Notes: generated from the sequence alone by a model not told the origin. Counted from the first letter of the stretch, positions 46,579 through 56,363 are shown. The stretch: DNA of 64,000 nucleotides from an uncultured Candidatus Saccharibacteria bacterium (GCA_964574655.1 CAZNOH010000001.1:329852-393851), one strand, 5' to 3'. Made by a program: numbers and translations.

Positions 46579-48438
46579 ATGTCTACAAAAAAACAAATAA
46601 AGGAAATTCTTGAAAATATTGATAATGTTGCTGAAAACTCTAAATATTTGCATTCAGTAGCAGATGAATATCGAAAAGTTAGAGATTTGTATTTTGTGAA
46701 ATTGAAAGACGAAAAGAGTGCCAAAAGAATTCAATCGTTAATTGACGTGTTGAATTTTGTGATTTCTGACAATATGCTAAAAGAAGTATCGTCAGGAGTG
46801 TCAGAAAATGGAATATGTTGGAAATATCCTGATATTTCATTTTTTACTGAAAATGGTTTTAAAGAAGTGGAACAGGCATTTAAGACTACAAAAAGTATTA
46901 AACTAAAAGCAAGGTATTCAGATTTTTTTTGGTTATCCAAGAAGGATTATAAAAAAGCCAGAATCGCATTTGATAATTATTTCATTTTAATTAAGAAATA
47001 TGAAGAAGCGGACAAGAAAAATCCAATTGGTTATTTTGGACTTGATGTTTTAGATTCTACTAGAAGAGCTTTTCAAATATCAAAGAGTATTAGTTATCGA
47101 CAATCAGACATTATAAAAGAGATAGAGCGTTTGAGTTTGAATTTTAATTCAAAGAGTAGTTCGAAGTATAAACTAGTAATTGATCTTGTTTCAATAGCAC
47201 TCAATAACAAAAAAGAGTTTAAGAGTGAAGAGTTTTGGCAAGGATTAGTTCTTATTTGTGAGAAATATTATAAAGAATTGAGTAAAGACAAAAATTGGTA
47301 TTTTTCTAGGGATTATCTAAATAATGCTAAAAAAATTGAATTGATGATCTTTAGTAAGAAAAGCAAAAAGTGGGATAAATTGGTTGCAAAAAGTTATCTA
47401 TGCGAGGCTGATTATCATGGAATGCAAGAAAGTTTGGCAGAGCTACCTTCTTTATTGAGCTCAATTGAAGAATATAAAAAGTTAAAAGATTTCAGGAAAA
47501 CTGAAGAGTTAAAGAAACGCTACGAAAAAGCATCCAAAAATGTGAGACTTAAAGAATTAAGAACAGAGATAAATATTTCGAGAATTGTTACTGTTGCCAA
47601 AAATCAAGCAAATGAGTTGTGCAAACAGCGACCCGACGAAGTTTTTAAATATTTACTCTTGAGTCCGGATTTATTTCCGATATACAATAGTATAGAAATT
47701 GAGGCGAAAAAAAATGAAAAAAGATTTGTGTTCATGCATCTAGGCAGTCAAATTGTTTTTGATCAAAAGATGAATATTGCTCGAAGATATTGCTCTAAAG
47801 AAGAAAAACATTTTTTTGCAATTTTACGACAATTTGGAGTGTCTTTTATAATTAACAAGATTTATACAGATATTATTTTTGAGAAGTTAATCGAGAAAAA
47901 TATTTTGACATGGGTTAACACAAGTTCTTTCCTAAGAAAATATTGTTGGTACAAAAATGTTTATGAAGTAAAGAATGATAAAGGAATAACTTTATTTAAA
48001 TCACAAAAATGGCTTGATCTTATGGCACCCGGAATAAAATTATATTTAAATAACGCGAAAAAATATTTAAGAAAAAAAGATAAAAAAATTCCTTATTCAG
48101 AAATTATTTTGGCATCAGATTCATTGGCTATGAAAATAGAGGGAGTGATTAGAGAAATCTTCCGCAAATTGGGTAGATCTACTTTTAAGGTTAAAAGAAA
48201 GGGTGACGAGAACATTACAGTGGAAAAAGATTTAAATGATTTTTTGATTGATAATTTTTCAGAGCAAATGTTTTCTAAGGATTTGACATTATTAATGAGA
48301 TTCTTATTAATAGAACCATCGGGTTATAATCTAAGAAACAACATAGGACATTGCTTGATTCAAAAAGAAGATTATAATTTGTCAAATTTGCATTTTTTAT
48401 TTTTGATTTTGCTCAGATTGGGTAATTATAAATTTTAA
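46579..48438 (+). CDS. Large helical protein with C-terminal HEPN-like (DUF4209-type) domain
   Basis: IEGVIR..; GYNLRNNIGH (R-x4-H). Confidence 0.65.
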   Translation: MSTKKQIKEILENIDNVAENSKYLHSVADEYRKVRDLYFVKLKDEKSAKRIQSLIDVLNFVISDNMLKEVSSGVSENGICWKYPDISFFTENGFKEVEQAFKTTKSIKLKARYSDFFWLSKKDYKKARIAFDNYFILIKKYEEADKKNPIGYFGLDVLDSTRRAFQISKSISYRQSDIIKEIERLSLNFNSKSSSKYKLVIDLVSIALNNKKEFKSEEFWQGLVLICEKYYKELSKDKNWYFSRDYLNNAKKIELMIFSKKSKKWDKLVAKSYLCEADYHGMQESLAELPSLLSSIEEYKKLKDFRKTEELKKRYEKASKNVRLKELRTEINISRIVTVAKNQANELCKQRPDEVFKYLLLSPDLFPIYNSIEIEAKKNEKRFVFMHLGSQIVFDQKMNIARRYCSKEEKHFFAILRQFGVSFIINKIYTDIIFEKLIEKNILTWVNTSSFLRKYCWYKNVYEVKNDKGITLFKSQKWLDLMAPGIKLYLNNAKKYLRKKDKKIPYSEIILASDSLAMKIEGVIREIFRKLGRSTFKVKRKGDENITVEKDLNDFLIDNFSEQMFSKDLTLLMRFLLIEPSGYNLRNNIGHCLIQKEDYNLSNLHFLFLILLRLGNYKF

Positions 48439-48450
48439 AAATATATATTT

Positions 48451-49209
48451 ATGTCCACATATTACAAATCCAATCGTACAAAAAATATCTACGATCCAAA
48501 AAGCAAAGAGCCATACAAATTATCTCGCTCAAAGATTGAGAGTTTTTTGAGATGTCCGAAATGTTTTTATTTAGACAGGCGTCTTGGAGTTGGCCAGCCA
48601 CCTAGTTATCCTTTGAATTTGAATACTGCAGTTGATCATCTTCTCAAAAAAGAATTTGATTTGCACAGAGCAAAACAAAAAGCGCATCCGTTGATGAAAG
48701 CTTATGGGATTAAAGCAGTTCCTTTTGCTCATGAGATGATTAATGAGTGGCGAGAAAATTTTAAAGGCGTTAGATATCATCACAAGTCGACCAATTTCAT
48801 TATTTCTGGAGCAGTTGATGATTTATGGAAAGATACAAAAGGCAAGATTATTGTTGTTGATTACAAGGCGACAAGCAAGGATGCAAAAGTAACTTTGGAT
48901 GCAGAATGGCAAGGCGGATACAAAAGGCAGATGGAAATATATCAGTGGTTGCTTCGCAAGAATGGTTTGAAGGTTTCTGATACTGGTTATTTTGTTTATT
49001 GCAATGGAAAGAGAGACAGAAAAGCATTTGATGCAAAATTAGAATTTGATATTGATTTATTGCCATACGAGGGCGATGCTTCTTGGATTGAAAAGACTTT
49101 GAAAGATATTAAAAAATGTTTGAATGGAAAAATGCCGAAATCAGATGATGATTGCGATTATTGTAATTATCGGAATGCAGTTGAAATCGCAGAAAAACGC
49201 AGAAGCTAA
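48451..49209 (+). CDS. PD-(D/E)xK nuclease (RecB/Cas4-like)
   Basis: LSRSKI..F..CPKCFY, GAVDD, VVDYKAT, QMEIYQWL, C-terminal CDYC. Confidence 0.85.
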   Translation: MSTYYKSNRTKNIYDPKSKEPYKLSRSKIESFLRCPKCFYLDRRLGVGQPPSYPLNLNTAVDHLLKKEFDLHRAKQKAHPLMKAYGIKAVPFAHEMINEWRENFKGVRYHHKSTNFIISGAVDDLWKDTKGKIIVVDYKATSKDAKVTLDAEWQGGYKRQMEIYQWLLRKNGLKVSDTGYFVYCNGKRDRKAFDAKLEFDIDLLPYEGDASWIEKTLKDIKKCLNGKMPKSDDDCDYCNYRNAVEIAEKRRS

Positions 49210-49237
49210 TGCAGAAAATACGGAATTTATTAAAACT

Positions 49238-49513
49238 ATGTATTATCTTTATATTTTAGAATGCGCTGATAAGACTTTATATACTGGAATTACAACAGAT
49301 TTGAAGCGAAGATTGATTGAGCATAATAATTCTAAATTAGGTGCAAAATATACATGTGCTAGAAGACCAGTAAAATTAGTTTATTCTAAAAAATTTAAAA
49401 CCAGATCATCTGCTAGTAAGGAAGAAGCTAGAATTAAAAAATTGAAAAAATCGGATAAATTGGAATTGATTCGTAGGGGTTCAACCCTGTCATTCGACAG
49501 GGCAAGTATTTGA
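49238..49513 (+). CDS. Small GIY-YIG nuclease (YazA-like)
   Basis: YYLYILECAD.TLYTGITTDL.RRL.EHN...GAKYT..RRPVKLVY; start moved to ATG 49238. Confidence 0.9.
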   Translation: MYYLYILECADKTLYTGITTDLKRRLIEHNNSKLGAKYTCARRPVKLVYSKKFKTRSSASKEEARIKKLKKSDKLELIRRGSTLSFDRASI

Positions 49514-49521
49514 ACCCCTAC
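49473..49521. repeat. GTAG-REP carrying a nested CAAG-tailed hairpin
   Basis: gtaggggttcaa[ccctgtcattcgacagggcaag]tatttgaacccctac. Confidence 0.82.
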
Positions 49522-49577
49522 TGTTTTATTTTTGTCTTGAAATTTGGTCTGAATTGGCGTAATATGATCTTGATTAT

Positions 49578-49648
49578 TCCGGGATCATCTAATGGTAGGA
49601 TAGCAGGTTCTGGACCTGCTTATCTTGGTTCGAATCCAAGTCCCGGAG
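49578..49648 (+). tRNA. tRNA-Gln (anticodon CTG)
   Basis: Acceptor tccggga/tcccgga, D-loop taatggtag, anticodon arm gcagg-ttCTGga-cctgc, T arm cttgg-ttcgaat-ccaag; CCA not encoded. Confidence 0.93.
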
Positions 49649-49662
49649 TGAAATGTAATTTT

Positions 49663-51045
49663 ATGTTAAAACACCACTTTTTCACGCCAGAGTACATGAA
49701 TGTTTTTGATCTGGATCAAATCTACATGACGAGCTCAATGTGGCATGACACAAAAATGAAAGATACTTGGGCGACTTTTGATCTGATTGTCAGAGACATG
49801 CCAAAGAATAGAAACTTTTTAATTTTTACTGGCTTGGAAGAAATGGCAACACATCTGCAAAATTGGAAATATACTGATGAGCAAATTGCAATGCTTAAGA
49901 AAATGAAATTAATTTCTGATAATTTTGCAAAATATTTAAAGAATTTAAAATTTGAAGGCGATGTTTATGCAATGCCAGAAGGCAGTGTTTTTTTTAATAA
50001 TGAGCCAGTTGTCAGAATTACAGCGCCTTTAATTCAATGCAATCTGTTGACAGCATTTTTAATTACTTCTTTGAGTTCTAATACAATTTTTTCTTCAAAA
50101 TTTGTAAGATCAGTTATTGCTGCCAAAGGTAAAAGTGTAATTGGTCCAAGCTCAGTGAGAGCGCAAGGTTTTGAATCTGCTTTCAAAGCGCAAAGAAGCG
50201 CCTATATTGTTGGAAGCAAACAAGTGCCTTCTCCGGTTGTTAGAGATTTTCTGAACATACCAATGGGCGATAACGTAACAATTGCTTATCATGCTTTTAT
50301 TAATTCTTATGAATCTGAACAAGAAGCGATGCAAGTTGCCGCAGATCATGCAAAAGTTGATCTTGCATTAATGGTGGATACTTATGATTATGATAAAGGT
50401 ATTGAAAACGCAATCGTAATTGGAAAGCAGTATAAAAGAATGGGCAAGAATTTAAAAATAGTCGTGGATAGCGGTGATCTATATGAGAATGTAAGCAAAG
50501 TTAGAAAAAGGCTTGATAAGGTTGGTTTGCAAAATATTAGAATTATAGTTGCGAGCAATTTAGATGAATATAAAATTACTGATTTAATGAAAAAGAAAAT
50601 TCCTGCTAATATTTTTATCGTTGGTACTGAAGCTGTGACGTCATCAGATGTTCCAAAACTAGAAGTTGTTTATAAAATTTCTGAAATAATTGAAAAAAGT
50701 GGCAAGATAATTAATAAAATGAAATTGTCGCCAGGCAAGATGAGCTTGCCAGGCCGAAAACAGATTTATAGAAAATTTAAAAATAATTATTTTGAAAAAG
50801 ATGTTATTGGTTTGGAAGGCGAGAAGGGATTGGGCGAGCCATTATTGAAACCGATATTTAAAAAAGGAAAATTAGTTCATGATTTGCCAAGTGTTTTAAA
50901 AATTAGAGATTTTGTGAAAGAACAATTAAAACAGTTGCCAAAAAGATATTTAGAAATTGAAAAGACTTATAAATATCCAGTTGAAATTAGTGATAAATTA
51001 AATAAATTACTTGATAAAACAAAAAAAGAAATTCAGGCGAGATAA
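49663..51045 (+). CDS. pncB: Nicotinate phosphoribosyltransferase
   Basis: ATFDL.VR.MP.NRNFLIF.GLE, F.GDVYAMPEGSVFF.NEP, MVDTYD, DSGDL, ASNLDE, GK.SLPG.KQ; start placed after the tRNA. Confidence 0.88.
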   Translation: MLKHHFFTPEYMNVFDLDQIYMTSSMWHDTKMKDTWATFDLIVRDMPKNRNFLIFTGLEEMATHLQNWKYTDEQIAMLKKMKLISDNFAKYLKNLKFEGDVYAMPEGSVFFNNEPVVRITAPLIQCNLLTAFLITSLSSNTIFSSKFVRSVIAAKGKSVIGPSSVRAQGFESAFKAQRSAYIVGSKQVPSPVVRDFLNIPMGDNVTIAYHAFINSYESEQEAMQVAADHAKVDLALMVDTYDYDKGIENAIVIGKQYKRMGKNLKIVVDSGDLYENVSKVRKRLDKVGLQNIRIIVASNLDEYKITDLMKKKIPANIFIVGTEAVTSSDVPKLEVVYKISEIIEKSGKIINKMKLSPGKMSLPGRKQIYRKFKNNYFEKDVIGLEGEKGLGEPLLKPIFKKGKLVHDLPSVLKIRDFVKEQLKQLPKRYLEIEKTYKYPVEISDKLNKLLDKTKKEIQAR

Positions 51046-51059
51046 AATAAATTTGGAGG

Positions 51060-51087
51060 GGAGGGGTTGAAAATATTCAACCCCTAC
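51060..51087. repeat. REP palindrome upstream of RAYT
   Basis: ggaggggttgaaaatattcaacccctac. Confidence 0.8.
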
Positions 51088-51095
51088 AGATTATA

Positions 51096-51671
51096 ATGGA
51101 ATATAATTTTTCAAAACGTCGTCGTAAATTAATTAGGTTGAAAGGATTTGATTATTCTAGCGATAATTGCTACTTTATAACAATTTGTACGAAACAAAAG
51201 GAATGTTTGTTTGGCAATATTATAAATCAGAAAATGGTATTAAATAATGCCGGAGTTATTGCAAAAAAATATTGGTTAGAAATTCCAAAGCATTATCAAT
51301 ATATAATTTTAGACGAATATATTGTGATGCCAAATCATATTCATGGAATTTTGGTGATCGATAAAAAATATCCGGTAGGGGTTCAATATATTGAACCCCT
51401 ACGCCAAAATAAATTTCAAAAAATTATATCTGGTTCAATTGGTGCGATCGTTCGTGGTTATAAAATCGGAGTGACAAAATGGTATAGACAAAATACAAGA
51501 TATAAAATTGTTTGGCAAAGATTATTTTATGACCACATTATCCGCGACGAACGATCGTTAAATATTATTCGAAATTATATTAAAGAAAATCCCAAAAATT
51601 GGTTATTTGATAGGAACAATATCGAGGACATCGGATTATTGAATGCAATAATTGAAATCAAAAAATTATAA
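51096..51671 (+). mobile_element. REP-associated tyrosine (Y1/HUH) transposase, RAYT-like
   Basis: R..IRL.GFDYS, YFITICT, VMPNHIHGI (HUH), WQR.FYDHIIR, YI.ENP..W; REPs flanking and at 51375-51402 inside the gene. Confidence 0.88.
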
Positions 51672-51703
51672 ATTTTTTATATATTAATTAAAAACAAAAA
51701 AAC

Positions 51704-52702
51704 ATGAAAAATAAGATATTTATTATTGTTTTGGCGGTATTATTTTGCAGTGCTTTTGGTTATTATGTTTTGGCAGCTAAAAAGCAAGATATTACGCTAA
51801 CAAGAAATAAGACAGTCCTTGTCAAGGGTGAAAAAGTAAAATTGTCTGGAACGGTAACGCCAAAAAGAAAAAATGTTGAAGTGAAAATTTATTCAAAAAA
51901 AAGGAAAACAGGCCAGTTTTCTTTATTTAAGACTGTAATAACAAATAATAAAGGCAATTATAAATATAGCTTTAGACCTGACAAAACTGCTTATTATCAA
52001 CTTAAAGCTGAAGTTAGTAGTAAGACCTTGATTAGCAAAACAAAGAAAATAAAAGTTGGAATCGTGCCGGTATTAAGAAATTTAGAGTTTAATTTTGATA
52101 GATATAATCCAGATACTAGCAGGGCAGGAGCATTTTTGTTTGGATCTTTTGATTCGCAGATTTTTCTGGAATTTGGCGATACTGTTGTTAATGATCAAGG
52201 ACCAAAGATGTTGGCGACTTTTGAATATAGAGTTGATCCAAATGCAAAGCTATATGCTGTTTCGTATGGAACTGTCTATCGAGTTCATTATAAAGCCACA
52301 GAAGGTGATTATGAAATTTTGACTTATACTTCTGATAATTCTGAAGATGAACTAAGTTGGAATGTTAATTATGATCATCTGCAAAATCCTAATGTAAAAG
52401 TTGGGGACGTGGTAAATGCCGGAGATGTATTGGGTAACGCTGGAGCTTGGACTGATGGGTTAGCTAGGACAGAATTGATCGTTACTGACGGCTATGTTAA
52501 TGGATCGTATGCGTATTGTCCATTTGATTATTTTGAACCAAAACTAAAAGTTATGTATGAACAAAAGATGACTAATTTGATGCTCGATTGGGAAAGTTAC
52601 AAGAATGATCCTGCTATTTATAATCAGAGCGCAATGGTTGCGCCTGGATGTTTGTATCATAAAATGGTTGACGACGGTGGCGGTGCGCACCCAGCAAATT
52701 AA
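51704..52702 (+). CDS. Secreted protein, Ig-like domain plus M23-peptidase-like domain
   Basis: Signal peptide; AVSYGTV, NYDHL...VKVGDVV.AGDVLG. Confidence 0.6.
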   Translation: MKNKIFIIVLAVLFCSAFGYYVLAAKKQDITLTRNKTVLVKGEKVKLSGTVTPKRKNVEVKIYSKKRKTGQFSLFKTVITNNKGNYKYSFRPDKTAYYQLKAEVSSKTLISKTKKIKVGIVPVLRNLEFNFDRYNPDTSRAGAFLFGSFDSQIFLEFGDTVVNDQGPKMLATFEYRVDPNAKLYAVSYGTVYRVHYKATEGDYEILTYTSDNSEDELSWNVNYDHLQNPNVKVGDVVNAGDVLGNAGAWTDGLARTELIVTDGYVNGSYAYCPFDYFEPKLKVMYEQKMTNLMLDWESYKNDPAIYNQSAMVAPGCLYHKMVDDGGGAHPAN

Positions 52703-52723
52703 TTTGATAAAGAATGCAAGTTT

Positions 52724-52750
52724 GTAGGGAACAAATATTTTGTTCCCTAT
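52724..52750. repeat. GTAG-type REP palindrome
   Basis: gtagggaacaaatattttgttccctat. Confidence 0.75.
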
Positions 52751-52801
52751 TTTTTTGCAAATAAAAAAAGGCTCATTGAGTCTTTGTGAATAAAGTTCTT
52801 T

Positions 52802-53467
52802 TTAGAGAGCGGTGAACCACTCGCCGAGAGTAGATGCCTTCTTTTTCATCATCTTTCTGGCTAAGATATATGCTTCATGCCAATGCCTATCAGAATAGGA
52901 ATCGCGAATATTTTTCCAATCCTTAAACGTTGATTCGACTTCTTGCATTTTTTCCAAAGCGAGTTCTGTTACTTTACTTTTGGCATGCTCTTTATATATT
53001 TTCAGCCATTCTGCAAATGTAGAATCTACTTCTGACATCCTTCTGAAAGCTAATGTTTCAAGATCGTTGCCTTCTTTTTTGCCTGTAGATTCGTAGTGAT
53101 AGATTTCAAACCATTCATTTAGTGAGAGATCCATTTCTTCTATTTTTCTTAAAGCTACTAAATTTAGTTCGCTTCCTAGAGCCGAATTATCATAATACCA
53201 TCTCCATATTTTTAGAGTGGTGTTTATTACTCCAATCTTTTCTAGAGCGAGGATTTTCAATCTATTCCCGGAAGTAGAAGCCTTGTATACATCATGCTAT
53301 TCGTAAATAGTAAGGTTAAATTCTTTCATTTTTGCTAGCGCTAGTGTTTGTTGTTCGTTGTTAGTAGATGCAGAGTTATAGATTTCTTGCCAGGTGGTAA
53401 AGGAAAAATCTTTTTGTTCCAGTTCCTCTATGGATAGTTTTAAAATTTTTTCCAGGTTCATGTACAT
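52802..53467 (-). pseudogene. SD-led helical-repeat protein with internal TAG
   Basis: AAGGGAGGAAGACC-ATG at 53467; repeats like TF.EW..IY..LAL.KM; in-frame TAG 53297-99 at the repeat's Trp position; terminator 52761-52785. Confidence 0.68.
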
Positions 53468-53619
53468 GGTCTTCCTCCCTTGGCTGTTTTTCGGTTTAGA
53501 GGGTGCGAGAATCTTTAGAACAATTTAAAGTAACATATTTTATAATATTATGCAAGAGTATTGCGCAGATTTGTTTTCAGTTGATTTTCAGCTTTATTTG
53601 ATATAAAATAGTTAAGCTT

Positions 53620-54294
53620 ATGAGAATATTAGTAATCGAAGATGACAAAAAGATTGCCTTAGCAATCAAAAAAGGGCTAGAACAAGAGTCTTATTCTGTT
53701 GATGTTGTTTTTGATACAAAAGATGACAAATTAGGTTTAGCTTTATTGATAAATTATGACTTAATAATTTTGGACAGAATGTTGCCTGGAATTTCTGATG
53801 GTCTAAATATTTGCAAAAAATTAAGAAATGAAGGCAAAAAAATGCCAATTTTAATTTTGACTGCAAAAGATAAAATTAATGAACGAGTGGAAGGCTTGGA
53901 CGCTGGAGCAGATGATTATTTGATTAAGCCTTTTGCTTTTGAAGAATTATTGGCAAGGGTTAAAGCATTGCTTCGGAGACCAAATCAAGCTTTGAATCAA
54001 GTTTTAAAAGTCGGTGATTTGTCATTAGATACACAAACTTTCAAAGTAATGCGAAAAAATATTGAAATTAAATTATCAAGTACTGAATTCAAGTTATTAG
54101 AATATTTAATGAGAAATAAAGGTAGGATTTTGACAAAAGACAATATTATGGAACACGTTTGGGATTATGATGCAGAGATTTTGCCAAACACAGTTGAAGT
54201 ATTCATTGGCTATTTGCGTAATAAAATCGATAAGCCATTTTCTAATTCGGGCCATGTTCAAACAATCAGAGGATTTGGGTATAAAATAGAATAG
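53620..54294 (+). CDS. OmpR-family response regulator
   Basis: ILVIEDD, LILDRMLP, LTAK, GADDYLIKPF, wHTH ..TIRGFGY. Confidence 0.95.
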   Translation: MRILVIEDDKKIALAIKKGLEQESYSVDVVFDTKDDKLGLALLINYDLIILDRMLPGISDGLNICKKLRNEGKKMPILILTAKDKINERVEGLDAGADDYLIKPFAFEELLARVKALLRRPNQALNQVLKVGDLSLDTQTFKVMRKNIEIKLSSTEFKLLEYLMRNKGRILTKDNIMEHVWDYDAEILPNTVEVFIGYLRNKIDKPFSNSGHVQTIRGFGYKIE

Positions 54295-54395
54295 TAATAA
54301 TATTTAATATTCAGTATTCAATTTTCTGATTTATGCTAAGAACTTAATTATATAATTGAATATTAAATATTGAATATTAGCGATTAATCTAGACG

Positions 54396-55406
54396 ATGAC
54401 ATTTAAATCTGCTTATCTAAAATTAACAGCATTTTACGTTCTGATTGTAATGATAATCAGTGTTTTTTTTAGTGTTGTATTATATCGGATTTCGTCAAAT
54501 GAATTGAATGAGAGGTTGAGACAGCAAATGAAAAATTTTCAAGAAATGCAATTTTTTGAAGGCAGTATGAATTATATTTCTAGTTTTGAATTGATGCGAT
54601 TACAACAATTAGCAGAAGCAAATCATAATCTAAAATTCTTTTTAATCTATTTTAATTTTTTTATCCTGGCTGTATCTTTTGGCTTAGGATATTTTTTAGC
54701 AAAGCGGACGTTAAAGCCAATTAGGCAAATGATGGAATCTCAAAACAGATTTACTGCTGATGCTTCTCATGAATTAAGGACGCCGTTAACTGCGATGAAA
54801 TCTGAAATAGAAGTTAATTTGCGCGATCAAAATTTAAGCTTAGAAACAGCAAAAAAATTATTGAAAAGTAATTTGGAAGAAGTAGAAAAGCTAGAAAATT
54901 TGTCTAGTTCATTATTAAAATTAGCAAATTATGAAAGTAACAAAAATTTAATAATTACAAATGTGGCTTTAGAAGATATTATTGCTGAAAGTTATTTGCG
55001 AGTTGAAAAACAAGCAAAAGAAAAGCAGATTAATTTTGAAAATGATTTGAAAAATATAAAAATTAATGGCAACAGAGATTCTTTGATCCAGCTTTTTAAG
55101 ATCTTGCTAGATAACGCTATCAAATATAGCAAGCCGAATTCTAAAATATTTATTTTAATGGACAAAATAAACAATAATGCAGTGATAAAAGTTCGCGATC
55201 AAGGCATGGGTATTAATAAAGAAGATCTAAAACATATTTTTGATCGTTTTTATCGAACAGATCTATCTCGTTCGAAGAGCAAAAATAATGGTTATGGATT
55301 AGGTCTATCAATTGCAATGCAAATTGTGAAATTGCATAAAGGAAAAATAAATGTGGAAAGTCAGATTGATCAAGGAGCTGAATTTATTGTTGTTTTACCA
55401 GTTTAA
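54396..55406 (+). CDS. Sensor histidine kinase
   Basis: 2 TMs, DASHELRTPL, LLDNAIKY, DQGMG, FDRFYR, GYGLGL. Confidence 0.95.
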   Translation: MTFKSAYLKLTAFYVLIVMIISVFFSVVLYRISSNELNERLRQQMKNFQEMQFFEGSMNYISSFELMRLQQLAEANHNLKFFLIYFNFFILAVSFGLGYFLAKRTLKPIRQMMESQNRFTADASHELRTPLTAMKSEIEVNLRDQNLSLETAKKLLKSNLEEVEKLENLSSSLLKLANYESNKNLIITNVALEDIIAESYLRVEKQAKEKQINFENDLKNIKINGNRDSLIQLFKILLDNAIKYSKPNSKIFILMDKINNNAVIKVRDQGMGINKEDLKHIFDRFYRTDLSRSKSKNNGYGLGLSIAMQIVKLHKGKINVESQIDQGAEFIVVLPV

Positions 55407-55505
55407 AAAGATTTAAAAGCAGTTCTGAATTTAGAGCTGTTTTTGTTTTGCGATATTTATTTATGTGCTATACTTATTTAACTTAAAAAATTAATTTAAA
55501 ATATT

Positions 55506-56321
55506 ATGACTGAAGTTTATAATGCAGTAAACGTAGAGGGCATGAAAAATTTTAAGAAAAAAATGCCAATTATTATTTTGGCAGTGGTAGTAGCATTATT
55601 AATATTTGATGGAGTAGGAACAATTGGAGCAGGTGAGCGAGGAATATTATTGCAGTTTGGAGCAGTAAAAGAAAATATTTTTGGCGAAGGTCTTTATTTC
55701 AAGATTCCTTTAGTTCAAAAAGTAGTAAAAATGGATGTAAAGATTAAAAAAGATGAAGTGCCAGCAAGTGCATCTTCAAAAGATTTGCAAGTTGTAACAT
55801 CAAAGATTGCGATCAATTATCATTTAGATCCTGATGCAGTTAATAAAATTTGGAAAGAAGTTGGCACAGATTACAATGATCGAATAATTGCTCCAGCAAT
55901 TCAGGAAGCAGTAAAAGCAACAACAGCAAAATTTACAGCTGAAGAATTAATTATTAAAAGACAAGTTGTTAAAGAACAAATTAAAGAAAATTTAGCAAAA
56001 AGATTAGTAAAAAATTATATAACTGTTGATGAGTTGAATATTGTTGCTTTTGATTTCTCAGAAGCATTCAATAGCGCAATTGAAGCAAAAGTAACTGCAG
56101 AGCAATTGAAATTAAAAGCTGAAAGAGATTTGCAAAGAATTAGAATTGAAGCTGATCAAAAAATTGCTGAAGCAGAAGGAAAGTCTAAAGCGATCAGAAC
56201 AGAAGCTCAAGCTTTGAGTGAAAATGCAAAAGTGGTAGAACTTAGATGGATTGAAAAATGGGATGGCAAGACTCCGACATATTGGGGAGGAGCAACTCCT
56301 TTCATTGGATTGGAAAAATAG
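55506..56321 (+). CDS. SPFH/prohibitin family protein
   Basis: GERGILLQFG, EGLYFKIP, SKDLQ, AIEAKV.AEQ, AEAEG. Confidence 0.9.
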   Translation: MTEVYNAVNVEGMKNFKKKMPIIILAVVVALLIFDGVGTIGAGERGILLQFGAVKENIFGEGLYFKIPLVQKVVKMDVKIKKDEVPASASSKDLQVVTSKIAINYHLDPDAVNKIWKEVGTDYNDRIIAPAIQEAVKATTAKFTAEELIIKRQVVKEQIKENLAKRLVKNYITVDELNIVAFDFSEAFNSAIEAKVTAEQLKLKAERDLQRIRIEADQKIAEAEGKSKAIRTEAQALSENAKVVELRWIEKWDGKTPTYWGGATPFIGLEK

Positions 56322-56330
56322 GTTAAATTT

Positions 56331-56360
56331 AAAACAGCCTTGAAATTTAGGGCTGTTTTT
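56331..56360. terminator. Bidirectional intrinsic terminator
   Basis: aaaacagcct..gggctgttttt between convergent genes; similar AACAGC/GCTGTT stems at 59477 and 60111. Confidence 0.65.
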
Positions 56361-56363
56361 AAA

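Noticed and set aside
43300-49650. Integrative element or prophage at tRNA-Gln
   Set aside because: No integrase, no phage structural genes and no duplicated tRNA end found by eye.
49510-49662. N-terminal extension of the 511-aa ORF
   Set aside because: It runs through tRNA-Gln and a REP; PncB more plausibly starts at ATG 49663.
11586-53510. Integron gene cassettes as the explanation for SD-led orphans
   Set aside because: They are dispersed and carry their own promoters and terminators; no attC-like sites or integrase were seen.
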